From NCBI GenBank assembly GCA_039586365.1, contig JBDHKN010000069.1, positions 1 to 24,930 on the forward strand: DNA of 24,930 bases, given 5' to 3'. Each line of letters starts with the position of its first letter. Position 1 is the first letter of the stretch. Source of the DNA: Gemmatimonadota bacterium. Lineage in GTDB: Bacteria; Gemmatimonadota; Gemmatimonadetes; Gemmatimonadales; GWC2-71-9. A program made the position numbers and the translations under genes. This document shows positions 1 through 7,439 of this stretch, one piece after another. The notes under the pieces are model-generated. The model searched no databases, was not told the origin of the DNA, and saw only the letters and a program-made list of their open reading frames with translations.

Positions 1-1
1 C

Positions 2-708
2 ACTGTGGATGCCTGGGTACCTGATAGTGCCAAGGGAGCGTCGACGCGGCGACGCTACGAGTTGTCGTTCAAGCAGCTCAAGGAGAGGTGGCCGCTAGCT
101 GGCAGCATGAGGCCAAGGTCGCTACTCTCGCAGAAGTAGACTGGGTCGGGTTAGAACGAACTTGGCCCGGTAGCGGATCTGACTGGAACCACCTCAGGCG
201 AGCTATATCCAAGTTCCTCACCGACACGCTGGGCGACGTTCACCACCCCTTGCGACGCGAGATCATGAAGCACTTCCCGAAGCGACCGGAGCGCAAGCGT
301 GTGCCGGACTTGAGCGTCGAGTTGTTCTGGCGGATCATTCAGAAGGCACCGGAGCACGTGCGTGCAGCCTTCGTGACCCTGGCCGCGACCGGAATGCGCA
401 CGGGCGAGTATCTCAGACTCACCAAGGCGCACCTGAAGCCGAATACACTGTCTATCGAAGTCCCTGGAACGAAAACGGAAGGGAGTGCAGCCACGATACG
501 AGTTGCCGAGCAACTCTGGCCGTGGATCGAGGCCGCTGTACCCGCGCCAGTGCAGTACAAACAGTTGCGCCTGTACTGGAAACAGGCTCTCGCCGATGCA
601 GAGGCCGACACGACCCTCAGGCTCCACGACCTGAGGCACGCCTGCGCTCAGTGGCTGATCGACGCCGGACGCCCCGAGGCCAGCGTGCAACGCACACTGA
701 GACATCCT
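2..708 (+). pseudogene. Tyrosine recombinase/integrase, 5'-partial, apparently frameshifted near 90-110 and truncated before the catalytic Tyr
   Basis: The frame of ORF 88..1110 has GMRTGE (Arg), GTKT (Lys), HDLRH (HxxR) and TLRH, then diverges (PSPTVCPTV) with no nearby Tyr and reads antisense through the tRNA. Upstream integrase-like text (TVDAWVPDSAKGASTRRRYELSFKQLKE) is in a different frame (2..139). Confidence 0.8.
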
Positions 709-709
709 A

Positions 710-732
710 GTCCCACTGTCTGTCCCACAGTC
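710..732. repeat. Direct repeat GTCCCAC(T/A)GTC x2, 12-bp period; candidate integrase arm-type sites
   Basis: gtcccactgtc (710-720) and gtcccacagtc (722-732) lie between the integrase and the tRNA 3' end. Confidence 0.5.
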
Positions 733-800
733 AGGAGAACAGGACAAAATCGTGAGGAGGGCCTAAAACGTAAATGCAGACTAGACAGTGACCTAGCCAA

Positions 801-873
<73 letters not shown>

Positions 874-1135
874 TGTGAATTACAAACTTCACATCTGGGA
901 AGGCAGGAGACAAGCCGAGAGCCGACAATCGCTTGGTGTCTCGGGACGTCGGTGTCAAGAGGAGTCGCTACAAGTGCGCTGCCAGGCAAGGAAACCAACC
1001 CGGCCATCTCGCGGTACATGCCTGACCAGTCGGGTGGAGAAATGCGAATGTCAGAGTGCGGTAAGGGGCCGGGGTCACTTACTGTGGCGCCCGAGCATTC
1101 ACGGCGGTGACAGGTCACGCCCTGTGCGTGCGCGA

Positions 1136-1144
1136 TGTTATATT
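1136..1144 (+). promoter_or_regulatory. Putative extended -10 element (TGnTATATT) for the pho remnant operon
   Basis: tgttatatt ends 9 nt before the ATG at 1154, with no Shine-Dalgarno in between (short-leader or leaderless arrangement). Confidence 0.4.
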
Positions 1145-1153
1145 CGCGCGCAT

Positions 1154-1348
1154 ATGGGTCACCACATTTCAGTCTCAGGCGACAAACTCGAATTCAACGC
1201 CCTCGTTGCGTACCGACTCGCCAAACAGGGTTATTGGGTCACGACCGTGGCCGACCGCACACAGGCTGCTGCCTGGATCCCGACCGCACGTGCGGCTGGC
1301 TACCGCTTCCGCACCGCCGAAGGCACCGAGCAGGGCCGCAATCGATGA
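1154..1348 (+). pseudogene. phoB: Internally deleted PhoB/OmpR-family response regulator (receiver N-terminus fused in frame to the winged-helix C-terminus)
   Basis: MGHHISVSGDKLEFNALVAYRLAKQGYWVTTVADRTQA resembles the start of a receiver domain. AAWIPTARAAGYRFR resembles the OmpR terminal IxTVRGxGYRF motif. Only 64 aa long, in pho context. Confidence 0.7.
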
Positions 1349-1478
1349 GTCTACGAGGGCGGATCCTGCTCGCGACGATTGCGATTCTGGTGGTGACCGA
1401 AGGCGGCCTGATGTTCGCCGCCGACCAGTGGCTGCGACATAGTCTCGAGCGGGATTTCACCGCAGGAATCGCGCGCGC
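1345..1478 (+). pseudogene. phoR: N-terminal fragment of a PhoR-like sensor kinase
   Basis: The ATG overlaps the regulator stop (ATGA 1345-1348). MSLRGRILLATIAILVVTEGGLMFAADQWLRHSLERDF looks like a kinase first TM helix. No kinase domain follows. Confidence 0.55.
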
Positions 1479-1508
1479 GACGCGTACGTTACGGGGACAT
1501 TCGGATGA
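1479..1508 (+). pseudogene. pstB: Last ~9 codons of pstB (phosphate ABC ATPase)
   Basis: GAC GCG TAC GTT ACG GGG ACA TTC GGA TGA encodes DAYVTGTFG*, matching the conserved PstB terminus (Y[IV]TGRFG*). Its TGA overlaps the phoU ATG (ATGA 1505-1508). Confidence 0.7.
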
Positions 1509-1885
1509 CCGGAGAATCGCACCGGCATTTTCACGACGAGGTCACCGGCCTCAAAGAGCGGTTGCTCCAGAGGTCCAGCCAGGCCCAGGAAGCGGTCCAC
1601 CGGGCCGTCAACAGCGTGCTCCGGCGTGACGTCGAACTCGGTGCGGAGGTCGTGGCGGACGATCACAAGATCGATGCTTTCAAGGTCGAAATCGAGGACA
1701 ACGTCACCAACCTGCTTGCACTGCACCAGCCGATGGCGCGCGACCTTCGACTGCTACTGGCCACGCTCAAGATCTCGAACGATCTGGAGCGCGTGGCGGA
1801 CCTGGCTACCAACATCGCGGAAGACGTCGTGTTCCTGGTGGAGGGCAAGACGATCAAGCACCGCAGCGAGCAGCCCCCGGCCTGA
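1505..1885 (+). CDS. phoU: Half-length PhoU (single repeat, 126 aa; in-frame deletion between the two LER motifs), possibly a pseudogene
   Basis: LALHQPMARDLR...ISNDLERV of repeat 1 joins directly to ADLATNIAEDVVFLVEGKTIKH, the typical end of repeat 2. Confidence 0.85.
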   Translation: MTGESHRHFHDEVTGLKERLLQRSSQAQEAVHRAVNSVLRRDVELGAEVVADDHKIDAFKVEIEDNVTNLLALHQPMARDLRLLLATLKISNDLERVADLATNIAEDVVFLVEGKTIKHRSEQPPA

Positions 1886-1982
1886 TACTCGGGGCCCGCC
1901 AGGACCGCCGTTACAAGTCCGTTGTCACGCGGTACCAGGGGACCGCGCAACCGCATCACTTTCACAACGGGGACATATCGAC

Positions 1983-3029
1983 ATGCAACGTACCGTCCGT
2001 AGTCTCACGACCAGCTTCGGCGCAGTGGTTTGCTGCACCGTGACAACCGGCGAGGTCTGGGCCCAGAGCGGGGAGCAGCCAACCATCCGCGTCGGAGGTC
2101 TGAGCTACGTGCAATACGAGTATCAGCTCAACAGCGCACCGGCGGGTCAGCCGGCACCCAACGCCTTCGAGATCACGCGCGCCTACCTCGACGTGCGCGC
2201 CACCGTCCCAGGCGGCATCGGACTCCGTATCACCTCCGATGTGTTTCGCGTGAACGACACCGGCAGCAATGCCAACGGCTCGCTGGGCCTGCGGCTCAAG
2301 TATGGCTATGCCACCTACACGCCGACGGGAAGCCCATTGACGTTCAAGCTTGGCCTCATTCACACGCCATGGCTCGACTGGGTGGAAGGCATGTACGGCT
2401 ACCGCATGCAGGGCACCATGCCCATGGAGCGGAACCACTATTTCAACTCCGCCGACCTCGGCGCAGGGGTCGACGGCTCATGGGCCAACCAGATGGTGAA
2501 CATGCAGGTCGGTGTCTATAACGGCGAAGGCTATCATGGTGGGGCCGGGGACGGCCGCAAAGACGTCGCTGGGCGCGCATCTGTGCGCTTGATGGGTAGT
2601 GACGACCACGGCAGCCGCGGCGGCCTCCGCCTCACCGGCTTCGGGCAGTACGGTAAGCCGACCACGGGCGGCACGCGGTTTCGCGCCATCGGCATGCTGT
2701 CCTATCACAGCAGTCGCATCACCCTCGCGGCACAGGCCGCTGCTGCTGCGGACAGCGTCGCGAGCGACGCGGCGCTGGCCAAGGGCCGCCTGTTCGCGGG
2801 ATTCGGCATCTACCGCGTGCCCAACTCGCCCGTCGCGATCCTGGCCCGCGTGGATCTCTTCGACCCGGACACCGACACCGCAAGCGACCGTACGACCCGT
2901 GTCATCGGCGGCGTCTCGTACGATCTCAGCCGGAATCTCAGACTACTCCTGGACGTCGACAGCGTGAGCTACCAGAGCGGCGCCACCGCACTGACGAACG
3001 GTCTGCTACAAATGCAGTTCACCTTCTAG
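1983..3029 (+). CDS. Outer-membrane porin, OprO/OprP-like (phosphate-selective by context)
   Basis: Signal peptide ending VWA-Q, motifs FEITRAYL, LRLKYGY and GVYNGEG...KDVAGR, alternating beta-strand pattern, C-terminal MQFTF. Lies downstream of phoU. Start placed at ATG 1983 within ORF 1626..3029. Confidence 0.8.
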   Translation: MQRTVRSLTTSFGAVVCCTVTTGEVWAQSGEQPTIRVGGLSYVQYEYQLNSAPAGQPAPNAFEITRAYLDVRATVPGGIGLRITSDVFRVNDTGSNANGSLGLRLKYGYATYTPTGSPLTFKLGLIHTPWLDWVEGMYGYRMQGTMPMERNHYFNSADLGAGVDGSWANQMVNMQVGVYNGEGYHGGAGDGRKDVAGRASVRLMGSDDHGSRGGLRLTGFGQYGKPTTGGTRFRAIGMLSYHSSRITLAAQAAAAADSVASDAALAKGRLFAGFGIYRVPNSPVAILARVDLFDPDTDTASDRTTRVIGGVSYDLSRNLRLLLDVDSVSYQSGATALTNGLLQMQFTF

Positions 3030-3034
3030 AATCA

Positions 3035-3148
3035 TCACCGGGTGTTTTGCCGGCCAGTCGGCCGCTCCAGCGCGACGTCGCTTCGCTCAAGGATCTAGCG
3101 GCAGCCGTGTTGGCCGAGTTTGGCGTTGAGCGATTCACGCCACGGTAA
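3035..3148 (+). pseudogene. Possible C-terminal remnant of an alkaline-phosphatase/nucleotide-pyrophosphatase superfamily gene
   Basis: SPGVLPASRPLQRDVASLKDLAAAVLAEFGVERFTPR* has no start codon and resembles the PG[VI]L...SLxD[IL]AxxVLxxFGV tail of this superfamily. Recognised by eye only. Confidence 0.35.
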
Positions 3149-3263
3149 TGATCGAGCGACGCGACGGAGCCGCAAGCCCTTCGGCAGGCGGCTCGGAGGA
3201 TGCCTGCGGAGGCCCTTGTCGACGCAGGAATCCCACATACGGCAACGGCCGTCCGAGACACGC

Positions 3264-3497
3264 TCAGTGAGTTGGGCATTCGACAAACGGGCGAGAGCAC
3301 ATGATGCCGGTGAATCTGACACCGCCGAGCGTGAACTCAACCACGAGGACTATCCCGGCTGGCCCGCTGGGAGTATCGGCAGGGGAGCGGAACACGCGGT
3401 CGATGCGAGAATCGGGAAGCACGGACACGTAATAGCGAGCCGCCTCCTCGGCGTCCCCGTCAAACCAAAGGCAAGGGGTAACCTTCTGCAACTTCAT
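3264..3497 (-). pseudogene. Truncated VOC/PhnB-like (3-demethylubiquinone-9 3-methyltransferase family) protein
   Basis: MKLQKVTPCLWFDGDAEEAARYYVSV...VLVVEFTLGGVRFTG is the family N-terminus. Similarity stops at ~3306, where LNGGP and the second half are expected. Confidence 0.8.
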
Positions 3498-3541
3498 GTG
3501 AGCCTCGCACCTCTGTGTGATTGTCCGAAACCCGCGCTTTG

Positions 3542-3751
3542 GTCCGCGGACACCGGGCTTGCGGCCACGGACTCGAGGCTACGGTCCGTGGACATCAGCC
3601 ATTTGTCCGTGGACATCAGCCATTTGTCCGTGGACATCAGCCATTTGTCCGTGGACAGCGGACGAATGTCCGTGGACAACGGACGAATGTCCGTGGACAT
3701 CGCCCAGATGTCCATGGCCCCACACCCATTGTCCTCGGCCGATCGGCCGTT
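3542..3751. repeat. 21-bp tandem array (~10 units) with conserved core GTCCGTGGAC and 11-bp variable segments
   Basis: Units start at 3542, 3563, 3584, 3605, 3626, 3647, 3668, 3689, 3710 and 3731. Six central cores are exact; three units are identical (gtccgtggacatcagccattt); the ends are degenerate. Confidence 0.95.
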
Positions 3752-3852
3752 GCACGCGGTGCCCATTCACTTTCACGAGCAGGTTCGTACGGCGAAGCGG
3801 TTTCTCAGAACCGAGTCCGCCAGCGGCACCCTCGCGGGGCAGGTGCTCCATA

Positions 3853-3874
3853 AACTGTGACAACAACTGTGACA
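3853..3874. repeat. Direct repeat AACTGTGACA x2, 12-bp period; candidate integrase arm-type sites
   Basis: Exact 10-mers at 3853-3862 and 3865-3874, ~95 bp from the tRNA-Leu fragment. Confidence 0.55.
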
Positions 3875-3969
3875 GTGAGACGGCTATTAAGGGAATTTGG
3901 ACAGTCACCGAGGGAGGGAAAAGGCCGCCACGGCGTCGTTTGGCTTCCCTGAGCGGCGGTAGACGTGGC

Positions 3970-3991
3970 TTTTGAGTCCCTTGTGTCTACC
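3970..3991 (-). other. tRNA-Leu(CAA) fragment (D-loop to anticodon loop), probable att-site remnant
   Basis: Reverse complement GGTAGACAC-AAGGGA-CTCAAAA gives a Leu-type D-loop end, a 5' anticodon stem and a 7-nt loop with CAA. The 3' stem, T arm and acceptor stem are missing. Confidence 0.65.
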
Positions 3992-4092
3992 GGTATCGAG
4001 CCCGAGGGCCCGGGCCGATGAACGCCACGCGCCCCGATTGGCACGCCCAGCACCTTCTCGCCATTTCACGTCTCGTGAAAGAGCGAGACGTC

Positions 4093-4128
4093 AAAAAGCG
4101 AGATGCGCGGAGTAACCCGTTCCGCATC
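4093..4128 (-). terminator. Probable intrinsic terminator of the TonB receptor/membrane protein operon
   Basis: Minus strand GATGCGGA-acgggttac-TCCGCGCATC (bulged stem) followed by tcgcTTTTT, ~60 nt after the stop at 4189. Confidence 0.45.
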
Positions 4129-4188
4129 GGTGAGCACGCTACGGCACCGTACTTCACCAACCGGGCCGGGGCACCCCGACACCCCAGA

Positions 4189-4932
4189 TTACGCAGAGGT
4201 CGCTGAATCCTGAGCGGCGAGACTGGGGCCCGCCTGCCGGGTCGCCCGCCGGGTAGCCGGTCGGCTCCGTACGTTCCAGCGGTAGCCCATGAAGATTAGA
4301 ATGATCCCGGCGAACTCACCTACATAAAGGGCCTCGGTGTAGCCGAAGCGTGTGGCGGTGCCGCCGATACCAGGTAGCAGAGCACCTACCGCGATCAGCA
4401 CGTTCCCGATAAACCGGTTGTAGGTGGCCTTCTTGCGACTGAACCGGACTGCCGAAAGAGCAGCACCACCCACTAGAAAGATGAAAGCGTACGTATTGAT
4501 GAACGGACTGAAAGCCCGCACCCACTGCCACTCCATGACACGACCGGAGAGCCGGTACGCTTCCACCAGTGCTACATCGATCGGCGTGAGTAGCACGCAA
4601 ACTGACGCAACGAGGATGACGGGGGCGATAACTGCCGTCAGCACGTCCGCCGTTCTGCGCTTGGACAGCAGGTAGACTGTTCCCTGCGCGAGGGGCACAC
4701 CACCAAGCAGCGCGCCCGAGATGTACCACGCACGGAATATCGGTTCGCTCCACCCGAACAACGTGGTGAAGCCTTCAGTGAACGTCCCCACCCCGTACAG
4801 CAAGATGCCAGCTGACCACCATAGGAGGTGAGGACCAGACCGTCTCTCCCGCCACCGGCTGAACACAATCCACGCAAACACCAGAGCTATCAGTGTCGTG
4901 GCTATCGGAATGAAGTGCACCGGTTCTCTCAT
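4189..4932 (-). CDS. Hypothetical integral membrane protein (~7 TM), resembling a stand-alone 7TM sensor domain
   Basis: 247 aa with about seven hydrophobic segments, a GGGGGG SD-like run upstream, and a position 33 bp downstream of the receptor gene. Confidence 0.85.
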   Translation of the reverse strand: MREPVHFIPIATTLIALVFAWIVFSRWRERRSGPHLLWWSAGILLYGVGTFTEGFTTLFGWSEPIFRAWYISGALLGGVPLAQGTVYLLSKRRTADVLTAVIAPVILVASVCVLLTPIDVALVEAYRLSGRVMEWQWVRAFSPFINTYAFIFLVGGAALSAVRFSRKKATYNRFIGNVLIAVGALLPGIGGTATRFGYTEALYVGEFAGIILIFMGYRWNVRSRPATRRATRQAGPSLAAQDSATSA

Positions 4933-4965
4933 CGTGTGCCCCCCAAGTCGATCCGATAAGGCACG

Positions 4966-7281
4966 CTAGAACGACACATTCCAGCTGAGCGTGACACCGC
5001 GCCTGGCTTCCGGCCGGAAGAACGACGCGTTTGAGAATTCGGCGTACAGTTCGTCCGTGATGTTGGTAACCGCAATGCCAAGCCTATGCACATGGGGACC
5101 CCGACGGAACACGTTCACACCGGCACGCGCGTTGTGGACGGTGAATGCCGGCAGCACCCATCCCACCGCAGGTTTGAGGTCGGCGAATTGCGGATCGGTG
5201 TCGCATTCTGTGAGATCATCGAGCGAACAGAAAGCATCTTTCCGATCGCCGTTGTGCCTGAGCTCATACTCGACGAAGAAGAGCCCGCTGGGATGGGTAT
5301 ACCGAACGTTCCCCCCGATCTTGCTGGAGTACGAGTCTCCCACAGGATTCTGCGCCTCGTCCAACTCACCCAACTGTTCCGCGCTCACATCCTTCGTGTC
5401 GAAATAGGTGAAGTGTGATCCCACCGAGAAGCCGGCCGGAAGCTCGACGTCACCCGAAATCTCGACTCCCACAAACCGGAGCTTGTCGACGTTGTCGTTG
5501 ATCACCTCGAAGAAAGGACCGACGGAGTCGCCAGTAGGTGTGATACGGATACCGTCGCTGATCATGTTCCGGAAGACGAAACCTTCCAGGTAGAGTCTGC
5601 TGTCGCGATACCGCATGCCGAGGTCTACGTTGAAGCTCTTCTCGGGCTCCAGGGTAGGGTTGCGCGACTGGTAGCCGCTGCCCTCCGGGGTGGGCCCCTG
5701 GAAAAACTGCTCGATGATGTTGGGGGCTCGGAACGCACGACCCACCGTCCCAATCAGGGTCAATCGGTCACTTATTTCGAAGATCGCGTTGGCCGCTCCC
5801 ACCACAGTGCGATTGGTTTCGGATATGATTGGATCGGTCAGTCCCACAGTCTCCTTCGTCTCCGCATGGATGTCCTGATACCGTGCTCCGAGAATCAGCG
5901 ACAACCGGGAGGTTACCTGAATATCACCCTGCACGAACGCACCTATGCTACGGTAGGTAGCGTTGGGCACGCTGGGTGTGTCGCTGGTGTCAGGGAGGAA
6001 CGGCGGTTGCGGAGGGAAGCCGACATAAGAGTTGACACTGAAGTCCGTATTCCTCGTATCATCCTGGAAGAAGTCGGCGCCGTAGGTGAAGTTGACGCGG
6101 TTCCAGCCTAGCTTCGAAGCCTCGAGCCGCAAACCCACCGTCTTGATATCGGTGAAGTTGATGGAGTTGACCCGCAGACCCATATCCGGAGACCCAAACG
6201 GAATGAAGATATCGTTGCTGAGTTCACGGTCATTATCCTGATAGTACCCCACGAAGTTCACCCTATCGGCCACGGCTGTGCCTATCCTACTGCCTTCGTA
6301 ACCGAGCACGACCTTGTCGAAATCCTGGTACGGGTACCGGATCTGGATCGTCGGCGATTCCGGATCGAACACTGCGGGGTTGACCCAACCGAACCCCGCC
6401 GTGTCAGCTCGGTAACGCTCGTACTTGGCGAACAGACGCTGCGATGGAGCAACATCGTAACCCAGGTACGTGTCCAGGCTGTAATCCTCCAAGCGCGTAT
6501 CGAGCACCGGCGTCTCGCTGGCGAGCGAGATATCGCCGTACGTGCCCCCTGGAGCATGATATCCGGACGTGTTCCTGAAACTACCACCAGCCAAGAACGA
6601 CAGAGCCCCTACTCGGCCCAATAGCGTGCCGCTGACCTTGTTCTGCGTGTCGTAGCAGCCGTCGTCACAGTTGGGAGCACTTTCCAGGGCGGAGCTGATG
6701 CGGTATCCGGCCGAGCCGTGAATCCCTTCCTCGTCGGGAGTACGGGTGATCATGTTGACCACCCCGCCGATGGCATCACTGCCGTAGAGCACACTTGCAG
6801 GTCCGCGCACCACCTCGACCCTCTCAACACTACTGACTTCCACAAGCGCCGGCAGCTCACCGAAGTCCTGCTGACGTCGGGAATTACTCAACCTCATGCC
6901 ATCTTCCAGCAACAAGATCCGTTGCCCCCGCTGACCCCGAATGCTGGGGCGCGCTTGATTACCTCCCACACCGGTCACATCCAGGCCTGGCTGAGCGCGG
7001 AACAGATCGGTCACCGTGTTGGGATTCTGGTCGCGAATCTTCGCCATATCGATTACTGCCACAGGCTGCGGAACCTCGAACACCGTCTTCACCGTCCTGG
7101 TGGCCGTAACCGTCAGGGGTGTAAGGCGATGGACTTTCGTAGTATCACTGTTGGTCGAGTCTCGGGATCCATTCTGTCGCAATGCGCTGGCTGGCACCGG
7201 GAGGGACATAGCTGTCGACAACACAAACGCAGCGAAGCCCAACCTGGGAAAAGAGAAGTTGCACAACATAACACTACCCAT
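4966..7281 (-). CDS. TonB-dependent outer-membrane receptor (heme/cobalamin/siderophore class, ligand unknown)
   Basis: Signal peptide, TonB-box-like LTPLTVTATR, plug motif VERVEVVRGPASVLYGSDAIGGVVNMIT, FRAP...NPTLEPE motif, terminal WNVSF. Exact start uncertain. Confidence 0.95.
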   Translation of the reverse strand: MGSVMLCNFSFPRLGFAAFVLSTAMSLPVPASALRQNGSRDSTNSDTTKVHRLTPLTVTATRTVKTVFEVPQPVAVIDMAKIRDQNPNTVTDLFRAQPGLDVTGVGGNQARPSIRGQRGQRILLLEDGMRLSNSRRQQDFGELPALVEVSSVERVEVVRGPASVLYGSDAIGGVVNMITRTPDEEGIHGSAGYRISSALESAPNCDDGCYDTQNKVSGTLLGRVGALSFLAGGSFRNTSGYHAPGGTYGDISLASETPVLDTRLEDYSLDTYLGYDVAPSQRLFAKYERYRADTAGFGWVNPAVFDPESPTIQIRYPYQDFDKVVLGYEGSRIGTAVADRVNFVGYYQDNDRELSNDIFIPFGSPDMGLRVNSINFTDIKTVGLRLEASKLGWNRVNFTYGADFFQDDTRNTDFSVNSYVGFPPQPPFLPDTSDTPSVPNATYRSIGAFVQGDIQVTSRLSLILGARYQDIHAETKETVGLTDPIISETNRTVVGAANAIFEISDRLTLIGTVGRAFRAPNIIEQFFQGPTPEGSGYQSRNPTLEPEKSFNVDLGMRYRDSRLYLEGFVFRNMISDGIRITPTGDSVGPFFEVINDNVDKLRFVGVEISGDVELPAGFSVGSHFTYFDTKDVSAEQLGELDEAQNPVGDSYSSKIGGNVRYTHPSGLFFVEYELRHNGDRKDAFCSLDDLTECDTDPQFADLKPAVGWVLPAFTVHNARAGVNVFRRGPHVHRLGIAVTNITDELYAEFSNASFFRPEARRGVTLSWNVSF

Positions 7282-7357
7282 CCGTTTGATGCGGGCTGAG
7301 AAGAAACGCCGCCATAAGTAGGTGTGGTCCCAGATAGGCGGCAGTGGAGTGCGGGGT

Positions 7358-7430
7358 AAGCTAGGAGGGGGTCTCAGACATCGGTATTGGGATCACTCCG
7401 GAGGGACGTACCCGGGAAACTACCTAGTAC
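7358..7430 (-). promoter_or_regulatory. Putative receptor promoter: imperfect palindrome (7408-7430) as candidate regulator site, plus -10-like TAGCTT (7358-7363)
   Basis: gtacccgggaaactacctagtac matches its own reverse complement at 14/23 positions and lies between the regulator stop and the receptor start. Confidence 0.35.
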
Positions 7431-7439
7431 TTGGGATTG

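Noticed and set aside
1074..1128. GTCAC/GTGAC motifs upstream of the phoB remnant (and similar ones at 1910-1928) as Pho boxes
   Set aside because: The spacing is irregular with no clean 11-bp direct repeat; too weak to call.
1626..1982. N-terminal extension of the porin ORF (467 aa)
   Set aside because: It overlaps phoU out of frame, and the signal peptide begins at ATG 1983.
3542..3751. CRISPR array interpretation of the 21-bp repeats
   Set aside because: The 10-bp repeat and 11-bp spacers are far too short, spacers are duplicated, and there are no cas genes in the window.
3853..3874. Pho box reading of the TGTCACAG repeats (minus strand)
   Set aside because: The period is 12 bp rather than the 11 bp of PhoB boxes, and the site is not upstream of the pho genes.
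3120..3975. Overlapping ORFs across the repeat array (246, 152, 110, 109 and 90 aa)
   Set aside because: They are open only because the repeat unit lacks stops; there is no recognisable domain or preferred frame.
7282..7439. Cobalamin riboswitch or Fur box upstream of the TonB receptor
   Set aside because: The region is short and I could not identify the conserved B12-box elements or an AT-rich GATAATGATAATCATTATC-like site.
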